Shown: one piece after another, positions 32,589-41,077 of the stretch
Position numbering within the stretch: the stretch's first letter is position 1
Layout: the number at the start of each line of letters is the position of its first letter
NCBI GenBank assembly: GCA_019634915.1
Contig: JAHCAN010000013.1
Location: 10,045 to 74,044 of the forward strand
DNA: 64,000 nt
Direction: 5' to 3'
DNA from: Steroidobacteraceae bacterium
GTDB taxonomy: Bacteria > Pseudomonadota > Gammaproteobacteria > Steroidobacterales > Steroidobacteraceae
Made by a program: the position numbers and the translations under genes
The notes under the pieces: model-generated
The model's input: the letters and a program-made list of their open reading frames with translations, nothing else
Told to the model about the DNA's origin: nothing
Database searches by the model: none

Positions 32589-32929
32589 GGACGTATTCTG
32601 CGCCTCTTGTCCATAAATGTGTGGACCACCAGTCTGCGGGCCGATGATGGCACGACAAGATGCACAGCAACGTGCAGCGCGTCGGCGGCCATCATGGGCG
32701 TGTCTCCAGCCAGACCGGATACGCGACGCCGATCACGGCGGGTGCGCACACCGGCCTGAAATACCCGCTGCCGGGGATGTGCTGCGCCGCATCGAACGGC
32801 GTACATGCCTGCATCACCATGAGCTGCCAACGCACCGTGCCATAGTGGCTCGCCAGCCATTACATGCGGCAGAACACCGCGCCGGGCATGAACGCCACGG
32901 CGTCGCCAGCGGCAGGCCGGGACGTCCGG

Positions 32930-34096
32930 CTATTTCTTGCGCTTCCTGGGAAGCCGCGTCCCGCGCGATTCGATCTGCCGCTGCGTGTTCTCCAGCTCCC
33001 TTTGCAACAGCTCGGCATCGGGCAGCACGATCTTGTAGTTCGCCGCCATCACCTTGTTGGGCAAGCCTTCGAGCGCATACCGCGCCAAAGCGTGCCCCTT
33101 GTCGGCGCACAGGATCAGGCCCACGGGCGGGTTCTCGTCGGCCACCATCCAATGCTCCTTCGCATAGTTGCAATACAGGTGCATCTGGCCCACGTCCGCA
33201 TGGGTCAGCGCGCCGAGCTTCAAATCGATGATGACCAGGCAGCGCAAGCGCCGGTGGAAAAACAACAGATCGACGCGATACCAAGTCTGGTCGATGCGCA
33301 AGCGCCGCTGCCGCCCGGCGAAGGTAAATCCGTCACCCAGCTCCAGCAGAAAATCCTCCAGTCGCCGGATCAAGGCTTGTTCGAGGTCGGATTCGGAACA
33401 CTCATCCTTGATGTCAAGGAACTCCAGTACATACGGGTCTTTGATGGCGTCATCCGGCGTGACGGCATCTTCCGGCTTCGGCACGGCGCCCTTGACCAGC
33501 ATCGCCGCCTTGTTCTTCGACAGCGCCGTGCGTTCGTAGAACTGGCTGTTGATCTGCCGGTCGAGCTGGCGCACGCTCCAGCCACCGTGCAGGGCTTCGG
33601 CCTCATAGAATCGACGCGCGTGCTCGTCCTTGACCACCAGCAGCCGCGCATAGGCCGACCACGGTAGCGCGAAGAACTGCGCCAATTCGACAAGGCCCAA
33701 ATTCCCGGACACCGTCTGGGATTTCCCGACCGACAGCGCGCCCCCAGATTTCCCAGACAGTGTCTGGGAAATTGCGGGACGGGGATACGCGAGGAAGAAG
33801 CGCCGCATGTTCTCCAGGTTGTTGACGCCGAACCCGCGCCCGAACTGCGCGGTCAAGTCGGCAGACAGGCGCTCCATCAACTGCTCGCCATAGCCCGCGC
33901 GGCGCTTGCCCCGCTGCTCGGCTTCGACGATGCGGCGGCCTATTTCCCAATAGCTCGCCGTCATCAGCGCATTGACGCTGCGCGCCGCCGCCTGGCGCGC
34001 AGCGTCCAGCAAATCGACGATGCCGCTGTGGATGCCAGCATAGCCAGCCGGCAAGGCGGCGGATTTCCCCACCGCCGAAAGTTTCTTGTTGGTCAC
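32930..34096 (-). CDS. YhcG-family (DUF1016) PDDEXK nuclease-domain protein
   Basis: N-terminal region (AARSVNALMTASYWEIGRRIVEAEQ). C-terminal restriction-endonuclease-like core (IDLLFFHRRLRCLVIIDLKLG). Start placed at the GTG at 34096, downstream of the terminator-like hairpin inside the longer ORF. Confidence 0.8.
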   Translation of the reverse strand: MTNKKLSAVGKSAALPAGYAGIHSGIVDLLDAARQAAARSVNALMTASYWEIGRRIVEAEQRGKRRAGYGEQLMERLSADLTAQFGRGFGVNNLENMRRFFLAYPRPAISQTLSGKSGGALSVGKSQTVSGNLGLVELAQFFALPWSAYARLLVVKDEHARRFYEAEALHGGWSVRQLDRQINSQFYERTALSKNKAAMLVKGAVPKPEDAVTPDDAIKDPYVLEFLDIKDECSESDLEQALIRRLEDFLLELGDGFTFAGRQRRLRIDQTWYRVDLLFFHRRLRCLVIIDLKLGALTHADVGQMHLYCNYAKEHWMVADENPPVGLILCADKGHALARYALEGLPNKVMAANYKIVLPDAELLQRELENTQRQIESRGTRLPRKRKK

Positions 34097-34114
34097 AAAG
34101 CCCCTGCGAATCGT

Positions 34115-34144
34115 TTTGCGCCGATTCGCCACCAGTTCAGCGGC
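34115..34144. repeat. 30-bp direct repeat, copy 2 (TTTGCGCCGATTCGCCACCAGTTCAGCGGC)
   Basis: 29/30 identical to 32091-32120. Confidence 0.85.
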
Positions 34145-34175
34145 CTCGCGCACCGGATCATCCTCGGTGTGAATG

Positions 34176-34201
34176 AAAAAACCGCCCGAAGGCGGCTTTT
34201 T
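34176..34201 (-). terminator. Rho-independent-type hairpin (CCGCC-loop-GGCGG) flanked by A6 and T5 runs, downstream of mazEF
   Basis: Read directly: aaaaaaccgcccgaaggcggcttttt. On the minus strand the stem is followed by T6. Confidence 0.5.
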
Positions 34202-34360
34202 CGTCCCAGGCCAAAGCCAAGTGAATGACCCGGCCAAGGAGGAGTGGTGCGAATACTGTGCCTACCGCTTCCGCGCCTATCAAGCCGATTTTCCGTCTTC
34301 AGGGCACTGAATCTCCGCATCCACCACCAGTGTCACGCCGTGCAGGCCGCCGTATGCCGT

Positions 34361-34705
34361 TTATCCCGCTCCTCCCAGTATCCGCCCTACCCGCTTCATG
34401 ACTTGTCCGAGCACGGCAGCGCTGACGACACCGATCTTCCCGGCGGCAGCCGAATCGATCGTGGCGATCTTCGCCGTGCGGATGACCGACGGCACGGGCA
34501 GACCCGCCGAAGCGAGATCACGCACGGCGACGTCATCAGGCCAGCCGCGATTCTCCGCGCTGGTAATCATCAGGACCCAGGCGAGACCATGTACATCATG
34601 AAGCCGGGCATCCGAGATCACGAGAGCCGGGCGCCATTGCCGGGTGGCGCGGTCGGCGCGCGCGAACGGGACCTTGATGACATCGCCCCGGCTAAAGCTT
34701 TCCAT
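34361..34705 (-). CDS. mazF: PemK/MazF-family toxin
   Basis: Start MESFSRGDVIKVPF (ATG at 34705), followed by RPALVISD...WVLMITSAENRGW...PSVIRTAKIATID. Confidence 0.85.
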   Translation of the reverse strand: MESFSRGDVIKVPFARADRATRQWRPALVISDARLHDVHGLAWVLMITSAENRGWPDDVAVRDLASAGLPVPSVIRTAKIATIDSAAAGKIGVVSAAVLGQVMKRVGRILGGAG

Positions 34706-34910
34706 AGGCCTTGCGGTCGGCGGCGGATTCCCATTCATGGAATGCCCGGAACGGCTCATCGCCTGCGCCATCCCGCTTCACCCTGGAGAGCACGACGCGC
34801 TCGCCATCGATCTCGTACAGCAGCTCGTCCCCCTTCTGCAGGCGCAGCGCCGCGCGCACCGGCTGGGGAATCGTGGTCTGGGCCTTGCTGGTCAGTTTGC
34901 TCGTGATCAT
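34692..34910 (-). CDS. mazE: AbrB/MazE-family antitoxin
   Basis: Start MITSKLTSKAQTTIPQPVRAALRLQKGDEL (ATG at 34910). Overlaps mazF by 14 nt. Confidence 0.8.
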   Translation of the reverse strand: MITSKLTSKAQTTIPQPVRAALRLQKGDELLYEIDGERVVLSRVKRDGAGDEPFRAFHEWESAADRKAYGKL

Positions 34911-35348
34911 CGGGGAAGCTCGCGTGGAGTACCCCGGATGGTAAGGATTTTCCTTACGCACTTCCAGCCGGGCTCGATCACGCACGGAGGATCCGTTGTG
35001 GCGGTGATATCAGCCACGGACGTTTCGGGTGTGAATGTTCTGAATTGGGAGTACGACGTCAGCGCCACCATCGTTGACGCTGCACCATTGGCAGCCGGAG
35101 TACGGACCCAGGAGGGCGGAAGCAGAACTGGCTGCGAGAGCCCGCCCTGCAGTCACCCGTAAGCTCATAATTTATTGATATATATGTATATTTTTACATC
35201 GTGCGTCGCAGAGAGCCCACGAACTATACCCATCCGTGCCTGAGTCGCGACGCTGACCACCTGTGAGCCTCCTCACGTCAGACTTCGACCGCTTCTGACC
35301 TAATACGATTTAACAGTTGGTCGGAACCCGTCAGCGAGAAGTCCCGGA

Positions 35349-36323
35349 ATGCGCGTCTACACCACAGGCGTTTTCGACATCCTTCACCGTGGGCACCTGA
35401 ACATCCTCACTCAGGCCGCCGCCCTGGGTGAACTCACGGTTGGAATCATGAGTGACCAGGGCGTCGAATCCACCAAAGGTACGCGGCCCATCCTGAGCAT
35501 CGATGAGAGGGAAGCGCAGATCCGCTCGCTCCCCTTCGTGACCGAGGTAATCCGCTATACGGACGTAGATCAGCGGCAGAACTACACCGCCATCAAGCCC
35601 GACATCGTCGTGCAGGGAGACGACTGGCTCTTCTCGGAGGATCGCACGAGCGCCATCGGCTATCTGCGCGAGCACGGAATACGCCTTGTGTTGTTGCCGC
35701 GTACCCAGGGCATTTCCACGACCGAGATCCGAAAGCGCGTCGCCCGGTCCGGACGACGGGACGAACGCTTCCTGCGCGAATGCCTACGCATGATCCCGGC
35801 AACCCGGTTGAAGCGCTACGAAGCCTTCGACGAGCCCAAGGTTCTGAAACTGATGCAAAAGATCTCGAGTGAGGGCGTCTTCTTCAACCCCATCTCGATC
35901 GTCAAGGAAATGGTAGTCATCGACGGGGCAAACCGGTTCGAAGCACTGTGCCGACTCGGAGCCCGTGACGTGCCCTGCGTCGTCTACGACTACTCGGATA
36001 TCGACCTGCTGGGCAATGTGCACTTCATCAACGACGGGGTACGCACCCGCTTGTCCGAGTTCGCGCGCGAGGAGGGCGAGCGTATCGAGTTCCCGCGCCG
36101 CACTCCCAAAGACATCCTGGACGCCGCGGAGCAAGGCAGCCTGATACCCAATGGCGAGACGTTTCACCGCGTGCCCCAAAGCGTCGTCCGCTTGCCGATC
36201 CCTCTCGAGAGTCTGGTCGCTGCCCAGCCGTTCGATCTCGGCGCGCATATTGATCAGCTCATCCACGAAGGGCAGATCCGCTTCTATCAGTCGAGTGTCT
36301 ATATCTGCGACGAGTGGCAATGA
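35349..36323 (+). CDS. TagD-like cytidylyltransferase fused to a ParB/sulfiredoxin-like domain
   Basis: N-terminus: TTGVFDILHRGHLNIL (HxGH), VVQGDDW, LPRTQGISTTEIRKR, aligning by eye with B. subtilis TagD. C-terminus: PISIVKEMVVIDGANRFEALCRLGARDVPCVVYDY, resembling the ParB N-terminal domain motif (..IDG.HR.eA...LG....P..V.d). Confidence 0.75.
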   Translation: MRVYTTGVFDILHRGHLNILTQAAALGELTVGIMSDQGVESTKGTRPILSIDEREAQIRSLPFVTEVIRYTDVDQRQNYTAIKPDIVVQGDDWLFSEDRTSAIGYLREHGIRLVLLPRTQGISTTEIRKRVARSGRRDERFLRECLRMIPATRLKRYEAFDEPKVLKLMQKISSEGVFFNPISIVKEMVVIDGANRFEALCRLGARDVPCVVYDYSDIDLLGNVHFINDGVRTRLSEFAREEGERIEFPRRTPKDILDAAEQGSLIPNGETFHRVPQSVVRLPIPLESLVAAQPFDLGAHIDQLIHEGQIRFYQSSVYICDEWQ

Positions 36324-36922
36324 ACATGTCGACGAAGGTGGCAACGGAATTCTGGACATCGCAGAAGCGCTATCCGTTTTCATTCACACGCAAGCGCCGG
36401 CTGCACGAGCTCAATTACCTGGTCCCGCGCCTGGAAAAGCTCGGAGGAAAGCGATTGCTCGACCTCGGCTGCGGCGACGGCTCCCTGCTGGAGTGCCTCC
36501 TCAGGATCACGGATTACGAGGAACTCCATGGATACGATGTCGCAGCGGACCTGCTTGCCGGCATCGATCCGCGCATCAGCACGCGCGTCTACGACATCTC
36601 TGATCCTGGCCCGCTGCCGGAAGTCGATGCCACGATCGTTGCCGGCGTCATCCAGTATGTATTCGATGATGATGTGGTTGACCGCGTATTGTCGCTCGTC
36701 CGCTCACCGATGATCTGGTTGCGCTCCACCTGCACGCTGAAGCCGGAGTGCGAGAGCGTGGAGAGGGACGACTATGCATCGAAATATCGCACCATCGACG
36801 AAACCCGCGCCCTGATCGCGAAGCATTTCAATGTGACCTCCGTCGAGCGCGTATACCCTGACGAGCTCGAGTCGGCCTACGGAACCAAGCAGTTCTACTT
36901 CGAGGGCACGCGGAGACTCTGA
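36314..36922 (+). CDS. Class I SAM-dependent methyltransferase
   Basis: Motif I KRLLDLGCGDGSLLE and post-I acidic residue (LHGYDV). Overlaps the upstream gene by 10 nt. Confidence 0.7.
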   Translation: MAMNMSTKVATEFWTSQKRYPFSFTRKRRLHELNYLVPRLEKLGGKRLLDLGCGDGSLLECLLRITDYEELHGYDVAADLLAGIDPRISTRVYDISDPGPLPEVDATIVAGVIQYVFDDDVVDRVLSLVRSPMIWLRSTCTLKPECESVERDDYASKYRTIDETRALIAKHFNVTSVERVYPDELESAYGTKQFYFEGTRRL

Positions 36923-36926
36923 CGGC

Positions 36927-38192
36927 ATGGGAATCCGAGCCCGCCACGCCCCTGCTCTATTCCTTCTGGTCGCGTGCCTGCACGCACCTGGCGCGCTGGC
37001 TTACATAGATCCGGGTACTGGCAGCGCGCTGTTCTATGTCGTCACCGGAATCGTCGTCTCCGCCTACTTCGCTCTCCGCGGCCTCTACTACCGGACGATC
37101 GAGTTTGCATTCCGGGTCCGCACCCAGGCACAGCATTGCACTGTGGCAATCCATTGTGAGGATCCACGGTATGAGAGCACTTTCATGCCCATCATCCGCC
37201 ACCTTGTGCGCAAAGGCGTGGAACCCACGCTTTTCACCATGTATGAGCGGGACAATACTTATGAGCCACTACCCGCCGGTGTTGCCCATCGAGCCATCTC
37301 CCCGGGCATGCTGGGCTACGCATACCTGAACAATATCGTCGCGGACGTCCTCGTAACGACGACGCCGCAGCTCGATGTCATGACCTTTCGCCGCTCGCCT
37401 CGCGTCAGGCACTACGCCATCGTTCAGCATGCGCTCGGCGAATCCCGCTACGTCCGGCCCTTCGCATACGACAATTACGACTCGGTATTTTGCTGCGGGG
37501 ACATTCTCAAGCAGAACCTTCGACGCATGGAGGAGATTCGTGGGCTGCCTGCCAAGGAATTGTTCGAAGTAGGCCTTCCCCACTACGAAGAACTCTTTCA
37601 GAGAGCGAAGAGCGCACCGCCTCCGCCCGCAGACCGACCGACGGTGCTCGTGGCACCGAGTTGGGGGCCGCTGAGCATGTTCGAATCGTTTGGTGTCGAC
37701 TTCATCTCGGAGATCGCGCGGCAGTATCGGGTGATAGTGCGCCCCCACCCGCAGATGAAAGTCTCACAGCCGGATCTCTACAGGAGGATCGTCGCGCTCG
37801 ATGGAGTTTCCGTCTCGACGCACCGTACGCCGATCGAGGCAATGTCCGAGGCTCACATACTGCTCAGCGATATCTCCGGCATCGCGCATGAGTTCGCATT
37901 CATCTTCGAACGGCCAGTAGTCGTACTTGACCAGAAGCAGGCCGTGGGTGGCCTCGAAGGCGAGCTGCTCGGGGGAGACAGCGAGGTAAAGGCCCGCTGC
38001 AGGGAATTCATCGTACCCGTCGCCCCAGCAGAGATGCCGCGCATCGTGCAACACATCGGACGGGCGCTTCGGCACCACTCGGCCGCCAGGGTGACCGAGG
38101 TCAGGGATCAGCTCATCTACAACTTTGGCAATGCAAGCGAAGTTGCGGCACAGCAGATCGCAGTCTTGCTCGGACGCATGAGGAGTACCTGA
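36927..38192 (+). CDS. CDP-glycerol glycerophosphotransferase family (TagB/TagF-like) enzyme with an N-terminal membrane anchor
   Basis: N-terminal TM (SALFYVVTGIVVSAYFAL). Sequence PTVLVAPSWG...VIVRPHPQ...AHILLSDISGIAHEFAFIFERPVVVLD parallels the YAPTWR / HP / L(I)TDYSS motifs of TagF-family enzymes. Confidence 0.7.
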   Translation: MGIRARHAPALFLLVACLHAPGALAYIDPGTGSALFYVVTGIVVSAYFALRGLYYRTIEFAFRVRTQAQHCTVAIHCEDPRYESTFMPIIRHLVRKGVEPTLFTMYERDNTYEPLPAGVAHRAISPGMLGYAYLNNIVADVLVTTTPQLDVMTFRRSPRVRHYAIVQHALGESRYVRPFAYDNYDSVFCCGDILKQNLRRMEEIRGLPAKELFEVGLPHYEELFQRAKSAPPPPADRPTVLVAPSWGPLSMFESFGVDFISEIARQYRVIVRPHPQMKVSQPDLYRRIVALDGVSVSTHRTPIEAMSEAHILLSDISGIAHEFAFIFERPVVVLDQKQAVGGLEGELLGGDSEVKARCREFIVPVAPAEMPRIVQHIGRALRHHSAARVTEVRDQLIYNFGNASEVAAQQIAVLLGRMRST

Positions 38193-38196
38193 CCTG

Positions 38197-38898
38197 ATGA
38201 AGTCAGCCCTCGACATATTCATACAGCCGCTATTCCAGATCTACGCGTCGTTCTTTGCGTGGCTGCCCCCCTCAGTCGAGCCGGGGATGGCAGTGATCCT
38301 GTTTGGCATCGCACTGAACCTCGCCCTTACGCCGTTCTACAACCACATCGAACGCGGATTGGGCGACAGGCGCCTGAAGCGTGAACGCGTACGGGAGGAC
38401 GTTGCGCGGATGAAGCGCCATTTCCGCGGGCGCGAGCGCTACTTCTACATTCGCGCCGTTCATCGCCAGCATCGCTACCATCCGATCTCCGAACTTGCCG
38501 GTTCGGCTGATCTGTTCCTGCAGGTATTCGTTTTCATCACGGTGTATCACTTCCTGGTCGATTTGCCATTGCTGAATGGAGCATCCTTCGGGCCGATCAG
38601 TGACCTCAGCCAGCCCGACCACCTGCTTCTTGGCATCAACCTGCTGCCGATCGCCATGACAGGCATCAACGCGATCTCGGTGCTGGCGTACATCGATGAG
38701 CCGCGCAAGCGATTGCAGGCGATCTCGTTGGGGCTGATCTTCCTCGTCCTGCTGTATCGCAGCCCATCCGGGATGGTGCTCTACTGGACGACCAACAACC
38801 TGTTTTCGCTGGTACGAACGGTCATCCAGCGCCGACAGCTTTTCCGGCTGCCGGCCTCGCTGCGGGAATTCATCGGCCGCCTGTCGCTGCAACAATGA
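38197..38898 (+). CDS. Short YidC/Oxa1-family membrane insertase-like protein
   Basis: 233 aa, about 5 TM segments. Basic loop (RLKRERVREDVARMKRHFRG) and C-terminal signature GMVLYWTTNNLFSLVRTVIQRR, resembling the conserved YidC (60KD_IMP) core. Confidence 0.6.
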   Translation: MKSALDIFIQPLFQIYASFFAWLPPSVEPGMAVILFGIALNLALTPFYNHIERGLGDRRLKRERVREDVARMKRHFRGRERYFYIRAVHRQHRYHPISELAGSADLFLQVFVFITVYHFLVDLPLLNGASFGPISDLSQPDHLLLGINLLPIAMTGINAISVLAYIDEPRKRLQAISLGLIFLVLLYRSPSGMVLYWTTNNLFSLVRTVIQRRQLFRLPASLREFIGRLSLQQ

Positions 38899-40946
38899 CC
38901 TTGCTGTTGTTTCTCATCGATGCCGCATTGTTGTTTGCGGCTTTTCGCCTCCTCAGCTCGCCGCGCCACAGGCTGCCCACGCTCTGGAGATTCGCTGCCG
39001 CTGCGCTGCTGCTTTTCATCGTCTCGGCAGCAAGCCTCTGGGTCGCTTGCCGTGAGGAGACTGGGCTCGCGCTCGCCCTGGCAGCTGCCACCGGTAGTCT
39101 GGGCATACATGGACGGGGGCTTGCAGACTTCACGGCAGCTCTGGGTCGATGGCGATTGCCGGTCTTCCTATTGTCCGCCTCGACGATCATCGCGCTGACG
39201 TTCTTCGCCATTCCGGTCGCGACGTTTCTCAGTTCCCCGGAGGAACTGCAGATCGGCACAGATTTCCTCCTCGAGACCAACGCACGCAAGGCCGTGCTTT
39301 TCCTCTATGCCGCGCTCATTGCCTATGCGCTGGCATTTACCCCGCGCATGCGCACGTTGCTGACCATGGCTGCGCTGTGGCTGCTCGTTGTCGTACTGGT
39401 ATACGCATACATACTCCCACTTGGTTATCCGATCATGTCGGGCCTTGCGTTCGAGCAGCTGCCGACGGCGACCGATGTCCTGATCCTCAGGTCTGCCGCG
39501 GACCTGGTTCTGGTGTCGTTGCTGGCCGCAGCCGTCAGCCTGCTCGTATTGAAAATCGATCCGCGCCGCCTGACGCTGTGCGTAGGCTTGCTTGGTCTTT
39601 CCATCTTCGCTACGGCCGGTGCGGGATTGCTTCGGGCGGCAAGTACAAACGCCGTACCTGCGGGCAGCGACGAGATCGAGGCGATGCAACCTCTGGCCTA
39701 CTCTGCGAATCATCCCAATGCCCTCGTACTGTTCCTGGACCGATTCATGGGCTCCTATGTGGAGACGATTCTGGAACGTGACCCCGAGCTTCGCGATCGA
39801 CTGAGTGGCTTCGTCTGGTATCCGAGGACCGTGTCGGCGGGTCAGAATTCGATCGCTGGGGTACACCCGATGTTTGGCGGCTACGACTACACGCCGGACG
39901 CAATGAACGCCCGCGGCCGGCCACTGAAGGATCTGTCCGTCGAAGCCTTTTCGATCCTCCCCTACAACTTCTCGAAAAAAGGCTATCAGGTCAATGTCGT
40001 GAACCCTCGCGGCCTCGGGTTCACGGTGATGGGCGATTGTTCGAGGATACAAATCGCCAATGTCCGCTGCACGCACCTGCCCACGTCCGTGCTCGCACAA
40101 GAGGCGAAAGCCATGGACTTTCCATTGGGCGAGATCGCCAAGTCCGGATATACGGATCTGCTGGTGCTCCTGGCCTCCATGCGCGCGGCCCCCTATTCCA
40201 TCAAGGAAGTCATCTACCAGAAGGGCCCATGGAGGCAATTCCTGGATCACTCTGCAGGCACTACGTTCAAGGAGTGGGCCGCGCTGAAAGCCTTGCCCAG
40301 GCTCTCCACCGTGTCGGAGAGGCCCCCAACGCTCAACATCCTCTCCAACATCCTCCCGCACGAACCCTACTACCTCGGCGAAGACTGTCGGCCGCATCAG
40401 CATCGGCTCGATCTACCGCTCGAGCAAGTACGCCAGCGTGGCGAAACGAGCCTGTTTGGCCTGCAGCACGCCATTGCCGCCAGATGTGCGCTGCTGCTCG
40501 TCGCCGATTACATCGATTTCCTGAAGCGATCCAACGTGTATAACAACACGAAGATCGTCATCGTATCCGACCATGGCATCGTCGGAAACGTCGAGGACAC
40601 ATCAAGCCGCGCGGTGGCCGGTGGTACAACATCGAACGATTACGTACGCACAAGATCGGTACTGCTGGTCAAGCCGATAGGCGCAACTGGCCCGCTGCGG
40701 GTCTCCGAGGATTTCATGCCGAACGCCGAAGTTCCCCGGATCGTTTGCGAAGACATTGGCGGCTGCGTCAACCCTTACCTGGCGGACAAGCCGATCGACA
40801 CTGCGGGGCGTAACGATCCGTTCCGAGTATTCGTCGTGCCGTGGCAGTTCAGGGCCCAGAATGCCGACTCATTCGTCATCCGGCGTGAGCTCGAGTTGCG
40901 CGGCAAGGATCCCTATGCCGCCAGCGGCTGGCACGTCGTAAAGTGA
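38895..40946 (+). CDS. Polytopic membrane protein with a C-terminal alkaline-phosphatase/sulfatase-fold domain (LtaS/OpgB-like phosphotransferase)
   Basis: The start overlaps the upstream stop (ATGA). About 270 aa of TM helices, then NALVLFLDRFMGSY, SAGQNSIAGVHPMFGG, LPHEPYY and KIVIVSDHG. Confidence 0.6.
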   Translation: MTLLLFLIDAALLFAAFRLLSSPRHRLPTLWRFAAAALLLFIVSAASLWVACREETGLALALAAATGSLGIHGRGLADFTAALGRWRLPVFLLSASTIIALTFFAIPVATFLSSPEELQIGTDFLLETNARKAVLFLYAALIAYALAFTPRMRTLLTMAALWLLVVVLVYAYILPLGYPIMSGLAFEQLPTATDVLILRSAADLVLVSLLAAAVSLLVLKIDPRRLTLCVGLLGLSIFATAGAGLLRAASTNAVPAGSDEIEAMQPLAYSANHPNALVLFLDRFMGSYVETILERDPELRDRLSGFVWYPRTVSAGQNSIAGVHPMFGGYDYTPDAMNARGRPLKDLSVEAFSILPYNFSKKGYQVNVVNPRGLGFTVMGDCSRIQIANVRCTHLPTSVLAQEAKAMDFPLGEIAKSGYTDLLVLLASMRAAPYSIKEVIYQKGPWRQFLDHSAGTTFKEWAALKALPRLSTVSERPPTLNILSNILPHEPYYLGEDCRPHQHRLDLPLEQVRQRGETSLFGLQHAIAARCALLLVADYIDFLKRSNVYNNTKIVIVSDHGIVGNVEDTSSRAVAGGTTSNDYVRTRSVLLVKPIGATGPLRVSEDFMPNAEVPRIVCEDIGGCVNPYLADKPIDTAGRNDPFRVFVVPWQFRAQNADSFVIRRELELRGKDPYAASGWHVVK

Positions 40947-41077
40947 CGCGCACGACTGATAGCCCAGCCTGCTGCACCGGGCTGGGTGTGAGCCACCTCT
41001 AGAAAACGCCGCTCGAGATCCGGCCTGCAGATGTGATTTGATATAAGACGACGATCACTGGCACTGCTGGTTCCCGC

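Noticed and set aside
32585-32930. A 91-aa minus-strand ORF and other short frames between the small antitoxin-like gene and yhcG.
   Set aside because: No recognisable motifs and Arg/Ala-rich composition. One alternative frame (…HYGTVRWQLMVMQACTPFDAAQHIPGSGYFRPV…) might be a gene fragment, but it has no start and no identifiable family. Left unannotated.
34100-34237. A second ParE-like remnant (GGFFIHTEDDPVREAAELVANRRK) at the 5' end of the long YhcG ORF.
   Set aside because: The similarity to the 32.1 kb remnant is confined to the 30-bp DNA repeat. The FFIHTE part is the translation of a terminator-like hairpin (34176-34201). The segment is more likely non-coding, and the YhcG start was moved to 34096.
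41059-41074. TGGCAC-N5-GTTCC, a sigma54-like motif before the second sulfatase-fold gene.
   Set aside because: The -12 element lacks the conserved GC dinucleotide at the right spacing. The motif also ends 3 nt before the ATG, which is incompatible with a transcription start upstream of a ribosome-binding site.
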